DNA from: Paramicrosporidium saccamoebae KSL3
Lineage: Eukaryota; Fungi; Cryptomycota
Length of the DNA stretch: 32,000 nucleotides
NCBI GenBank assembly: GCA_002794465.1
Contig: MTSL01000178.1
Span: forward strand, 154,990-186,989
Direction: 5' to 3'
Every line of letters begins with the position of its first letter. Position 1 is the stretch's first letter. The position numbers and the translations under genes are program-made. Positions 1 to 9,563 of the stretch are shown here, piece by piece. The notes beneath the pieces are model-generated. The model had not been told where the DNA came from, did not search any database, and worked only from the letters and a program-made list of their open reading frames with translations.

Positions 1-1
1 G

Positions 2-490
2 AACAAGTCACGTGCCGAAGAATCCTTCACCCTGTTACTACTGGCCATTTTAGCCATTTCGGGAATCACGCAGGGGATTTTGGACATGGGTACGATTTTG
101 GGAATGCATCGGGTGTTTTCAGGTCTAACAGGCACTCCAAGGGCATTCTGGCTGTTGGGAATCTCCTCGGTGGTACTCAGTGTGCCGATGGTTCTTCTGA
201 CGACAAGACGGATAGCAAAGCCTCTGGGCGACATTGCGGCACTGGGGATGATGATGACAACAGCCGTGGAGCTGGGATGTTATCTACCGATGCAGGCGGC
301 CTTGTTCCTGGGATGGCCCATTAGTCCGGTGCTATGCAAATTACCCGCGGTGCTATTAGTAGCGTGGCTTGGTGGTCGCGGTATCCATCGGAGGACGGCC
401 TTGCAAGCGACATTGGCCGTGACTCTTTCCCCCATAATTGTTGTTTCGTTGGTAGCCCTTACTGCGTTCCTTGTTGCCATGTGGAGATGA
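2..490 (+). CDS. C-terminal part of a multi-pass membrane protein (5' end outside the window), family unassigned
   Basis: Frame is open from base 2 to TGA at 488-490 (NKSRAEESFTLLLLAILAISGITQGILDMG...VALTAFLVAMWR) with several hydrophobic helices. The TTG start in the ORF track is not a real start. Confidence 0.6.
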   Translation, partial: NKSRAEESFTLLLLAILAISGITQGILDMGTILGMHRVFSGLTGTPRAFWLLGISSVVLSVPMVLLTTRRIAKPLGDIAALGMMMTTAVELGCYLPMQAALFLGWPISPVLCKLPAVLLVAWLGGRGIHRRTALQATLAVTLSPIIVVSLVALTAFLVAMWR

Positions 491-686
491 TCCATGTTGA
501 GACGATGGAGCTTTGGTAATAGATGGACAAAGGGTACATTGTAAAATATGATAGACTAAAATACATAATATAAGTATGCCAATATTGACAGACCAGAGAG
601 AGAGATATAGTGCGAATGCTAATATGAGTATGGTGTTTAAGTGGAGGGAGACTTGATTAGATTGAGAGAAACATGATCAAGTAGAG

Positions 687-762
687 GACCTGATGAAACG
701 GAGGAAATTCTGATCAACTAGAAAGACCTGATTAAACAAAGAAAATTCTGATCAACTAGAAA
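687..762. repeat. Tandem duplication, 2 x 38 bp
   Basis: gacctgatgaaacggaggaaattctgatcaactagaaa (687-724) followed by gacctgattaaacaaagaaaattctgatcaactagaaa (725-762). Confidence 0.9.
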
Positions 763-834
763 GAAACAATTCATCTCCCATGTCATATAACACCACATAT
801 CGCATATCACAAACCAGCCGGGGTAGTCTTCAAT

Positions 835-1293
835 ATGACGGACAAGCTTATGATGTCGCTCGACGACATAATCAAAACCGAAAAGCCGCGTCACTCTGCC
901 TCACGCGGCCGTGCTGGACGTGGCCGTGGTGCTTCAAGGGGAGTGAGCAAGACACATTCGGTGCGCAGCCATACCGCTTCAAGACCCAACACCCGACCCA
1001 CCGACACTCGACGGGATAACCGTCCCGAAACTCGTCCGGTAAGCCGTCCAGTAGCCCGTCCAGCAACCCGTCAGACGACTCGTCCTCATACCGCCCAGCG
1101 ACCCTCAACTCAGCGACCTGTCCGTTCGCCGACAAAGAAGCAACAGAATTATGAAATCACCATTGTTAACGACCGCGCATCGGAAGCACCGACCTCGTAC
1201 CGCACAATGGACGTTTATCCCAGTCGACCCGCAGTAGAGCGATACCGTCCGCCGGTGACATATGGACATATGGAACAGATCCGCAAGCCTTAA
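835..1293 (+). CDS. ALYREF/Yra1/UIF-like mRNA export adaptor with N-terminal UAP56-binding motif and RG-rich region, no RRM
   Basis: MTDKLMMSLDDIIK matches the ALYREF/Yra1 N-terminal box (DKxDMSLDDII), followed by RGRAGRGRG and RPxx repeats. Confidence 0.65.
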   Translation: MTDKLMMSLDDIIKTEKPRHSASRGRAGRGRGASRGVSKTHSVRSHTASRPNTRPTDTRRDNRPETRPVSRPVARPATRQTTRPHTAQRPSTQRPVRSPTKKQQNYEITIVNDRASEAPTSYRTMDVYPSRPAVERYRPPVTYGHMEQIRKP

Positions 1294-1304
1294 TAAATTC
1301 GTTT

Positions 1305-2627
1305 CTATTTCTGCTTCTTCTTCTCCAATAGGGCCAATAGTTTTCGGACCTCAGTCATTGTAATGCCAATGGATGCGGCCACGGTGAGATAGGCGTGCGG
1401 ATAGGCCGTATGATGAGTCCCAAATGGCTGTCCCATTCGGACGAGACGCGCTCCCGAGACGGAACGATGGAATAGACGTGCGCCAAGCATATCGTCAGTT
1501 GGATCTACTACGAGGGCTATAGATATGTCATTGGAGGGTGTCTCCAAGACTCGATGGCTCAAGCAGAGTCCCTCCTTCAATGCCTTGAAACAGTCGATCC
1601 GTTGCTGCAATAATTGACGGTAACCAACGGCTCCCATGGACAGCAAGGTGATGAGCAGATCGAGAAGGGGTGAAATGCTGGCTCGGCCTGGATAGAGAGC
1701 AGCCACTTCGGCACAAAGGACGTCTGCTCCAAAGACAATCGATCCTCCAACGGGAACCATGAAATTCTTGTCGCTGCTCTGTATCACTGCCGTCACTAAA
1801 CCCCGACGGATGGCTTCATTTAGTTGCTTGGTGACAACATTGGATTGCAATCCGTAGGCATTGTTGACCACTTGGGGGATGGCGTAGAGCTGACACAATT
1901 CTCCAATTGCACATATATTGTCACAGCCTCGTGGTGCAAAGCAACTGCTGGTTGCCACCACTGCTGCAATATTTTCTGCGCCCAGACGGCCAATGGTTGT
2001 CTCGAGGGCATTCAAATCTGTACTCACTTGATCCCTCATCAGACAGTTCTCCACCACCACCAGTTCCAGTCCCGTAAAGCTGACACATTTCACACACGAT
2101 TTCTGGTCGATTCTCGGCATCAGTACATAGCGACTTTTGGGACGTCGAAGGGCTATTACTCGCAATACACAGGCCAATCCCATTCCTGTGGCTACCGGCA
2201 GCACTAGCACACCTCCCAACATTCCCAATTGTAGACCTGCCACCTTGATTGCCTGTTTCACCAGCTTGGTGGTAATAATCTGTATGAGGGAAGATCCGGG
2301 GGCTTTGGGCTGCACCTCTGTCAGTTCACCTGACCGGCCAATGCCATGGGCCAGACCAAAATGTCTTCTTTTCACGATTCCCGAGTATACTCGTCCTTCC
2401 CGCTCACCCGCTCCGCAAGAGTCTGGGTTGTTGTTTGCGTCCATGCATGCGAGCTTGTTTATAATAAACTCAATGGTGCTGTCATCGTATCCTTTTGAGG
2501 GCAGGGTCGGGTTGCCTAGAAAGTCCAGAAACAGCTTTTCCCGCTTCTCCACTGCCTGTCCCGCCTGTTGCAATACGCTCTCTCCACACTGGTCTAATTG
2601 ACTGCCAATAACTGTCTGTGCTCTCAT
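1305..2627 (-). CDS. SEPSECS: O-phosphoseryl-tRNA(Sec) selenium transferase (selenocysteine synthase, SepSecS)
   Basis: Diagnostic motifs GAGEREGRV, HGIGRSG, QPKAPGSS, LPVATGM, RIDQKSC, SCFAPR, VNNAYG, QSSDKNFMVPVGG (PLP lysine) and YPGRAS; 440 aa with no interruption. Confidence 0.97.
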   Translation of the reverse strand: MRAQTVIGSQLDQCGESVLQQAGQAVEKREKLFLDFLGNPTLPSKGYDDSTIEFIINKLACMDANNNPDSCGAGEREGRVYSGIVKRRHFGLAHGIGRSGELTEVQPKAPGSSLIQIITTKLVKQAIKVAGLQLGMLGGVLVLPVATGMGLACVLRVIALRRPKSRYVLMPRIDQKSCVKCVSFTGLELVVVENCLMRDQVSTDLNALETTIGRLGAENIAAVVATSSCFAPRGCDNICAIGELCQLYAIPQVVNNAYGLQSNVVTKQLNEAIRRGLVTAVIQSSDKNFMVPVGGSIVFGADVLCAEVAALYPGRASISPLLDLLITLLSMGAVGYRQLLQQRIDCFKALKEGLCLSHRVLETPSNDISIALVVDPTDDMLGARLFHRSVSGARLVRMGQPFGTHHTAYPHAYLTVAASIGITMTEVRKLLALLEKKKQK

Positions 2628-2665
2628 TGGCGGGATTACAATTAGTCGCCCTCCCCTTGTCAGCC

Positions 2666-4918
2666 ATGGAATTTGAACTCGGCAAATTGACGCCAGTCTC
2701 CGACACCACTGTCCATTCGGCCTTTTCCGACCATGCCCATTCTCCGCCCAAACGGGGACCCGGACGACCCCGCGGCAGCACTACTAAGAAGCTAAAAGCC
2801 CTCGAGGCCCTGTTTAATGACCCCAATATCATGGCGGCCGGCCGGAGGAGCACCAAGACCAGTCCCACCTTGGGCGAGGCCGAGACTACTGCCGAATTCC
2901 ATCGTGCCTGTCAGTATGGACAGGTTGGATTGGTCGACTCTATGGTGCGCAAGGACAAGGTCGATGTCAATTGTCGCGATTCCTCCCTCAATACTCCATT
3001 GCATGAGGCCGTCAGCCATAGACAGGTGCAGGTAGTCACCATGCTCCTCAAATTTGGTGCCGATCCTGAGGCCGAAAATATTATTGGAGAAAAGCCCGTC
3101 TCCCTCGCCGGTGTCCATGAAATTGTTGAGCTGTTGGCAGATTTTTCACAGTGCAGCAAAGAGGCCGAGGTTGAGTCGCTGTTTCGGTATTGTTGGCTGG
3201 GACAGATTTTAAATTTGCACAGGAAATGGATTGGCGACAATGAAGATGCAAACCTTGTTGACAAGAATGGCTCTACTGGCTTGCATTATGCAGCAATTAG
3301 AGATTATGCCCAGGTGGCCGGGATGCTAATCTCTGCCGGAATCGACATTAATGCGGCAAACAAGAAAGGAAACACGGCATTGCATGAGGCTTGTCGTTTC
3401 TCATCTCCCGAAACATTACGGCTCCTGCTCGAGGCGGGGGCCCTTTACTCCATTTTGAACAATTCTGGACACTCGCCCATTTATTATGCCAGCAAGGCCC
3501 TCCGAAGGGTGTTTCGGAAATTTGCCCGTGACAAGGGCATTGACGACCCCGATTTCCTTTTGGCAGCGAGTACTCAGCGCTATGTGGAAGTGTCCGAGGG
3601 CGATGCCGAGGAAGAAGACGAAGCGGAAGAGTCGGGTATAATGATTAATCATCGGTTGGGAGGGTTGACGAGGGAAGAACGGAAATTGCAGCAGATGTTG
3701 GCCATTTTCAGTAGGTCAGTGTCGGGTGAGGTGGAGGGGAAGCGGAAAAAGTTGTCGAATCGGTCTCGTCCTCAGAACAGCGGAATTGTGACTGAGGAGG
3801 AACTGACCCCGCCCAGGCCATCCAGACCAAGGAATCATGGCCGGCCGGTGAGAATAGATCCGACATATGTTGACAAGTCCTCCGGGAGGACACAACTTCA
3901 CAAATTTGCTGCTCGGGGGAAACTGACAGAAATTGCCGATTTATTAAAACTTGATGACAGTCTCATCCAGCGAACTGACAACGGCGGCTATTTGGCTTTG
4001 CATGAAGCCTGTCTCGGGGGACAGCTAGGGGCTGTGAAGGCTCTAATTGAAGCCGGTTCAAATATCAACGCCACCTCCAATAATGGCGATACGCCTCTGC
4101 ATGATGCAGTGGAAAATGTGCATGTGGATATTGTAAAATATTTATTGTCCAAAGGTGCCGATACCAAGGCAAAGAATAAGAATGGAGACCGACCCATTGA
4201 TGTTTCCAAAGATGCGCAAATAGTCGATATCCTACGGGGCACTAACAAGTTGTCTGACTTGGACTTTTATGATCCCGACTTCAAATCACGTGGCCGTAAG
4301 GCGCACAGCACAAAGTTGCACGACTCGAAGGAACCGAAAGAATCAAAGGAATCGAAAGATTTTGATTCTAAACCACCCGGCTCAGAGTCTGAGGAAACCG
4401 GGACACCCAGGAGATCATCTCGACGTGCTCCGATAGAGGCTGGTCTAGATAAGCTTTTTGGAAAGACAAATGGTCGCAAGATTATTGAAATTGTCACCAA
4501 TGAACCGCTGGTACAACTTCACTGTGGGGCCACCGATATGGAAAATGCTGGCTGGTACTACCTGGGGGCCCAAGCCGATGCCCTCTTCCAGAAATCCTTC
4601 CATCCTCTCCGTCTCCAAGACTCAGTGCCCCTCAGCAAACGGCGTCATCTCTCTCCCGAAGAGACGGACCGTCTGCTCGACTCTGCAATCGTCGACCGAC
4701 TCGGTAATTTCCGCAAATACTTGGTTGCTGATCCAATTCTCCTGACTAAAGAGTCGGTCCAACGGGCCTTTGACCGTGCAGGGGGTTCTCTGGCCAATGT
4801 TCCAGTGTTATATGCTGATCTGCAGCGATTGGCACGAAGGCCGGACGATGAGACGGCCCACCTCCCACCAAAGCTAAAGATGAAATGGCAGCGCAAGTCG
4901 GCAGAAAACCCGGCATAA
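2666..4918 (+). CDS. Ankyrin-repeat protein with N-terminal AT-hook (probably nuclear/chromatin; Hos4/ANKRD11/BCOR-like architecture)
   Basis: First ATG at 2666. KRGPGRPRGS AT-hook. Two ankyrin clusters (NTPLHEAV, STGLHYAA, NTALHEAC; RTQLHKFA, YLALHEAC, DTPLHDAV). Confidence 0.85.
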   Translation: MEFELGKLTPVSDTTVHSAFSDHAHSPPKRGPGRPRGSTTKKLKALEALFNDPNIMAAGRRSTKTSPTLGEAETTAEFHRACQYGQVGLVDSMVRKDKVDVNCRDSSLNTPLHEAVSHRQVQVVTMLLKFGADPEAENIIGEKPVSLAGVHEIVELLADFSQCSKEAEVESLFRYCWLGQILNLHRKWIGDNEDANLVDKNGSTGLHYAAIRDYAQVAGMLISAGIDINAANKKGNTALHEACRFSSPETLRLLLEAGALYSILNNSGHSPIYYASKALRRVFRKFARDKGIDDPDFLLAASTQRYVEVSEGDAEEEDEAEESGIMINHRLGGLTREERKLQQMLAIFSRSVSGEVEGKRKKLSNRSRPQNSGIVTEEELTPPRPSRPRNHGRPVRIDPTYVDKSSGRTQLHKFAARGKLTEIADLLKLDDSLIQRTDNGGYLALHEACLGGQLGAVKALIEAGSNINATSNNGDTPLHDAVENVHVDIVKYLLSKGADTKAKNKNGDRPIDVSKDAQIVDILRGTNKLSDLDFYDPDFKSRGRKAHSTKLHDSKEPKESKESKDFDSKPPGSESEETGTPRRSSRRAPIEAGLDKLFGKTNGRKIIEIVTNEPLVQLHCGATDMENAGWYYLGAQADALFQKSFHPLRLQDSVPLSKRRHLSPEETDRLLDSAIVDRLGNFRKYLVADPILLTKESVQRAFDRAGGSLANVPVLYADLQRLARRPDDETAHLPPKLKMKWQRKSAENPA

Positions 4919-4934
4919 TAAATATTTTTTGTTA

Positions 4935-5211
4935 ATGGCGACAATTTCTGCCGGAGTGCAGGTAGCGCATTGGAATGGAATGCTCATGAATGTAGTTTGC
5001 AAGATGGAGTGCAGTGGGAGTGGGACTCGTCGCCGGCGTATTCAGTGGGACGCGTAGAACGTCGGCAACCAAAGAACACAAAACAGAGGACAATGTCTCG
5101 ACGGGTCGACTGGAGGAACATGGACATTCTGTCGGTGTCTCAGCAGGTCGGCCAGCGGATAATGCGTCTGACGCAGAATGGACGCGCTACATTGAATCCA
5201 CCTCCTCATAA
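4935..5211 (+). CDS. Probable mitochondrial ATP synthase subunit e (intron-split; not recovered intact by the ORF track)
   Basis: Exon 4935-4961, intron 4962-4995 (GTAGCG...GCTCAT..TAG), exon from 4996. Gives MATISAGVQFARWSAVGVGLVAGVFSG..., resembling the subunit e R[YW]SAL-x-G plus GxxxG helix. Possible second in-frame intron 5147-5176 (GTCGGC...CTGACGCAG). Confidence 0.55.
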
Positions 5212-5305
5212 TAAAATGAATCGATTATGAACACGATGACGAGGGTAGGAGTTGGTTAATCCCGAGACTGGAAATGAAAAGAAATTGTTAACCAAATCGC
5301 GCGGT

Positions 5306-6430
5306 ATGAATACGTCGCCAAGTCGGATAGCCACCATCACTAGCAAAATAGTCAGTTTGGTCTCTTCTCCACTCCGACAATTGCAGGATGGGATGACCGT
5401 GGATGATGAGATTACACTCCGGACGCGCTCCGGCTCGGGGGGACTGGTGAGTTCGGAGGGGGCAAGCGGGGAATATTTCCCAGCCGCATCCACCGAGGTC
5501 TTTCAGCCGTCGCGTGGAATCAGCGATGAAAGTATCCCCACGGCAGTCGAGCGGGAATTTGATCCCATCGGACTGATTGCCTTTGAGTCGCCGTCAAAGT
5601 CAACCCGAGCGAACAATATGAGTACCCCGCCGCGTGGGACATTATTGGATATTGACTCGCTCTCTCCTCTCTCACCAACATCACAGCCAAAATACACAGA
5701 ACGAGAAATGACCCTTTTAAAAACACAATTTGATGACCGCACCGAGCGGCAAACAGAGCTTCTTCAGACTGAAATTGCCATTCTCCAAGAAAAATATGCG
5801 GCCGCCCTAACCGCTGGAGAGGAGATGCGCAGTCTTCTTGGCGAATATGAGCGGACGATGGCCCAGGTGGTGGAAATTCGACATCAGAGCACGGATCAGC
5901 TTGGCAGCATAGAGCAGCTGGCGCAGGAAAAGAGGCAATTGTTGGTCGACATGCAGGCCATGCAGATTGCCTTTGCCAACTTGAAGCAACGCTATGATGA
6001 GAACAAGACGATGAATGAACAACTCAGACTAGTACGTTCTATTTTAGTATTAATGCTATAGCATGAACAAGGCCTAAAGGCCAACATTGCCGCCCTCCAA
6101 ACGGACCTACAGAATGCCGATCGTCGCTACGAAACACTCCACAGCCACGCCGAGTTGAAGCTACAAGAAGCCAACGAGGAATTGTATCGTCTCCAAACGA
6201 CACTCGAGATTGAGTTGTCGGCGACACGGGCAAAACTGCATAAATCCGAGCTAAAGGTGAGCGGACTGGAGGGTGCAGTGGAGGCCAAAAGTCGGGAGAA
6301 TTCCGAGCTGATGGCCATTTGCGATGAGCTAATCCAGAAGATTGACTCGCAGGCGGCAGTAGCTGGGGGGACGTCCAGGTCGGCCAATATACTAGCCTCT
6401 TTGAATTTAAATAGGGTAACCAATCAGTAA
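5306..6430 (+). CDS. TACC-domain coiled-coil protein (spindle/centrosome)
   Basis: Exons 5306-6031 and 6062-6430; 30-nt intron GTACGT...TTAAT..TAG joins the two ORFs in frame. C-terminus RYETLHSHAELKLQEANEE...KSRENSELMAICDELIQK is a typical TACC domain. Confidence 0.88.
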
Positions 6431-6592
6431 ATTTCCCTGCACAGGATATCGAGTCAGCGAAATTTTGCGGTATCAAGCCATTAGCTTCACAGGATATCAA
6501 TAATACGGGATATCAGGTCAGCCTGATATTGATGGGTATGCTACTCGAATACATCTCACCCTTGACCAGGGGTAGCGTCGTCCGGATCCGAA

Positions 6593-6906
6593 ATGGTAAT
6601 ACTATCCACCACATACTCATCCATCCATAGACCAAAGGAACCACCAGCTTCGGAGAACGCCACACCAAGGGTCACACCCTCTGCCGTCGCTGCGGCAACC
6701 GCTCCTTCCACAAGCAGAAGAAGACGTGCTCCCAGTGCGCCTACCCGGCCGCAAAGCTGCGCAGCTTCAACTGGAGCGTGAAGGGAAAGAGACGCAAGAC
6801 GACCGGAACTGGCCGCATGCGTCATCTCAAGGGAATGGCGAGACGATTCAAGAATGGGTTCCGCGAGGGTGTTGCTACGCCAAAGGTTGCTGCCAAGCAG
6901 GATTAA
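6593..6906 (+). CDS. RPL37: 60S ribosomal protein L37 (eL37)
   Basis: ATG 6593-6595, intron 6596-6630, exon 6631-6906: [68 protein letters not shown]; C2-C2 zinc finger intact. Confidence 0.98.
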
Positions 6907-6959
6907 AGCTAATAAAGCCATCGGCATGTTATATTCGATCTGCACATACAGCTACTATA

Positions 6960-7066
6960 TGTTGTGAGAGGTGAGATGTTGTGAGGGTGAGATGTAGAGA
7001 TATTGTGGGGAATGAGATGTTGTAAGGGGCAAGATGTGGATATATTGTGAGGGATGAGATGTGGAT
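6960..7066. repeat. Degenerate G/T/A-rich repeat (recurring GAGATGT/TTGTGAGGG)
   Basis: Several imperfect copies of gagatgt and ttgtgaggg in the RPL37-FTase convergent spacer. Confidence 0.7.
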
Positions 7067-7082
7067 CACTTGTTTCAATATG

Positions 7083-7186
7083 AGGTACACGCGAATCACT
7101 TCAACAGGAGGTACACATGAATCACTCCAACAGGAGGTACACGCGAATCACTTCAACCTGAAATGTACACAAATCACTTCAACTTG
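7083..7186. repeat. Minisatellite, about 4 x 26 bp
   Basis: aggtacacgcgaatcacttcaacagg units at 7083, 7109, 7135 and a degenerate copy at 7161. Confidence 0.9.
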
Positions 7187-7205
7187 AAATACACAAGAGC
7201 CACTT

Positions 7206-8327
7206 TTATTGGGACCAATATTGAAGAATAGAGTGCACTCGAGAGGAAACAAGATTATATTCGGGCATGATGGAGGGTAGCAGATTGTTAGAGTCTCCCA
7301 ATACAATGCCACCATCGACAAGTTCGGTCAGATCAGGCGATTCTCTCTGCGCCAAAGATAAGCCGCTAAGGCAATAGCAGGTGTGGTAGTAATCCTCAGA
7401 TTTTTCAGGTTTGTCCCGAAGACCACCAGTGGCTTCGTTTTGACAACAGGCCAAGATGAATTTCTGGAGAGAGAGAGAATCGAAATAGGAGGCGGGACAG
7501 AATCGCCTCATTAGTGGGAATAGGGCACCAGTCCAGAACGAATAACAACCATCAACTAGCTTGTGTGTCCGGCCACGGAATCCGCCAGTGATGAGACATT
7601 GTGACATGACTGCAAAGCGATCTAGAGCATGTAAATCGACCCCTTCCACATCCTCAAGGATCGCCAAAGTGGCAAATGCGCAATATGTATAGCCTCCTTG
7701 GGCCTCGGCCATTGGAAGTGCACCAAATCCACCCTCATAAGATTGGCATTTCTTAATAAACGATGCAACATTTACGGTCAGTGCCGGCGTCAGGATTCCT
7801 GTCAGAGAGGCGGATACAATGGCGCAATAAGAGCCACGAACATCGATTTCACCGTCATCATGCGCAGTGAATGAGCCATCGGGTTGTTTCATTCTCCCCA
7901 AAAAGTCTGCCAATCCGCTGCGATTAATAGTTTCATATGCCGCTGCTGTGCCCACAATTGCCAGTGCCGAGACGGCAGCAAAGGTGCACATCAGGTGAGG
8001 AAGTTGTCCAGGACCACCGCCGAATCCACCCTTGGGGTGTTGACAGATTGCCAAGGTGGCTATGGCACGAGCTCGAAGAGCGTCAGTGAACGGATAATGG
8101 AGCAGGTCGAGGGCATGAAGCACCCAGTAGCAGAGCCAAGGCCGACTGGCATCCAGACTTGTGTACGCACTGGAGAGGCGTTCCAGTCCCTTTTCAAGAA
8201 ATGCTATATGCTTCCTCCTCTCCACTCTCAATGTCTCCAGGTCCGTGAGAGACTCATATAGCTGCTGGATAGATTGCTGTACCTCTGCCTCATCCAGTAA
8301 TGTAGGATATTCTTTGCAGAGTGCCAT
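7206..8327 (-). CDS. RAM1: Protein farnesyltransferase beta subunit
   Basis: LDASRPWLCYWVLHAL, GGFGGGPGQLPH, GEIDVRGSYCA, EAQGGYTYC, GRTHKLVDGCYSFW, DYYHTCYCLSGLS. Start placed at ATG 8327 (MALCKE); exact start uncertain. Confidence 0.95.
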   Translation of the reverse strand: MALCKEYPTLLDEAEVQQSIQQLYESLTDLETLRVERRKHIAFLEKGLERLSSAYTSLDASRPWLCYWVLHALDLLHYPFTDALRARAIATLAICQHPKGGFGGGPGQLPHLMCTFAAVSALAIVGTAAAYETINRSGLADFLGRMKQPDGSFTAHDDGEIDVRGSYCAIVSASLTGILTPALTVNVASFIKKCQSYEGGFGALPMAEAQGGYTYCAFATLAILEDVEGVDLHALDRFAVMSQCLITGGFRGRTHKLVDGCYSFWTGALFPLMRRFCPASYFDSLSLQKFILACCQNEATGGLRDKPEKSEDYYHTCYCLSGLSLAQRESPDLTELVDGGIVLGDSNNLLPSIMPEYNLVSSRVHSILQYWSQ

Positions 8328-8698
8328 GCCACGGTATGGACCCCGTGTGTTGGTCCTACTCCGTCCAATACACTTTGGACCTTGACAAGAAGAGTCGTAT
8401 ATATCAGGATGGAACACTCAAGTATTATCCGGCGACAATGACGGCCATTTTGACCGATATGGCGGACGGGGAAGTGGATTGCAAGAAACCGACAAGTGCA
8501 GGTGGATTGGTTGCAGGCGGCGAAATTAGCTTGCAGCGTACTATTGTTCGTATTGATTATGCAAACTGCATGCAGGCAGACCCAGTCACAGAGCCCAATG
8601 TTAAGCCGGTCTTGAGGACCGGTTCAGCTGTACGAGCTAATCCAATCGTCAAAGCTTCCTTAGCCATGGAGACTAATCCCACCAAAGTTCATACAACA

Positions 8699-9427
8699 AT
8701 GCAGTATGACATACTATTTACCAGTGACAAACAGAAAAAGGCCAAGAAATGGCATGATGGCTGGGTAAATATAGCAAATGGAATGGCCATTTTTTATAGC
8801 GACGACGACAAGGTGATACATCGGAAGAAATTGGAAAATGCAGATTTGGGGGAGGGATCCTTGCTGGAGACTGCCTCCTATTTGATAGAGATTACAGCAC
8901 CCACAGACCGAAATATCAAACCAAAGCAGAAACCCGTGAAGCTCGAGGAAGAGTCGCAACCAGAGCTACCGGTGGAATCTCCCGGCTCAGATGTCAAAAT
9001 AAGTATTCTGTACACGGCCGACAAGATTCGCAAGTCCAAGCGGTGGAAAGATGGCATTTTGCATTGGACCGAGTCCACCAACGAAGGTGTCTTTCGCGGT
9101 GAAGAAGAGAGAATTATTTTTCGGTACGTGTACTGATGAGACTAATGTGGGTAGAAGGAAAATGACACCACGGGAGCTAGTGGACGGATATGAAATGTCT
9201 AGTGGTACGTATTTGTTCCAAATAGGGGCTATTGTCTCTACTGGCGAGGATGCCACTATCAAGGCGCCTACATTAACTGTGAATGCACCCACGTTGAAAG
9301 CACCTGTGCCCATCAAAAGACCAAGAGTGACAAAACCCAAGGGAGCCATTGGACGATCTAGTACACACCAATTATGTTATTCTTATAATTAGATGCCGAT
9401 CTTGTCAACATGTTTAAAAAGACTTAA
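8699..9427 (+). CDS. Protein with two tandem DUF2439 (ZGRF1/Mte1 N-terminal-like) domains
   Basis: YDILFTSDKQKKAKKWHDG and ISILYTADKIRKSKRWKDG repeats. Intron 9124-9154 (GTACGT..CTAAT..TAG) joins ORFs 8321 and 9051 in frame; probable second intron 9361-9392 gives C-terminus GRSNADLVNMFKKT. The frame is open upstream, so the start is uncertain. Confidence 0.7.
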
Positions 9428-9563
9428 TAAACATCCCATTGCAGAATAATTTGGCCATTAGCATCATTGGTAAGTAAGCCAAATGAGTCATACAATCATT
9501 GGGCATGGCGATGAGTCATGAAATCATTTAAATGGACAGGCTTCAAAGGCCCGGTCAGTAAAG

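Noticed and set aside
80-490. Yip1 or MFS assignment for the first membrane protein
   Set aside because: Only weak resemblance, and the gene is truncated by the window edge.
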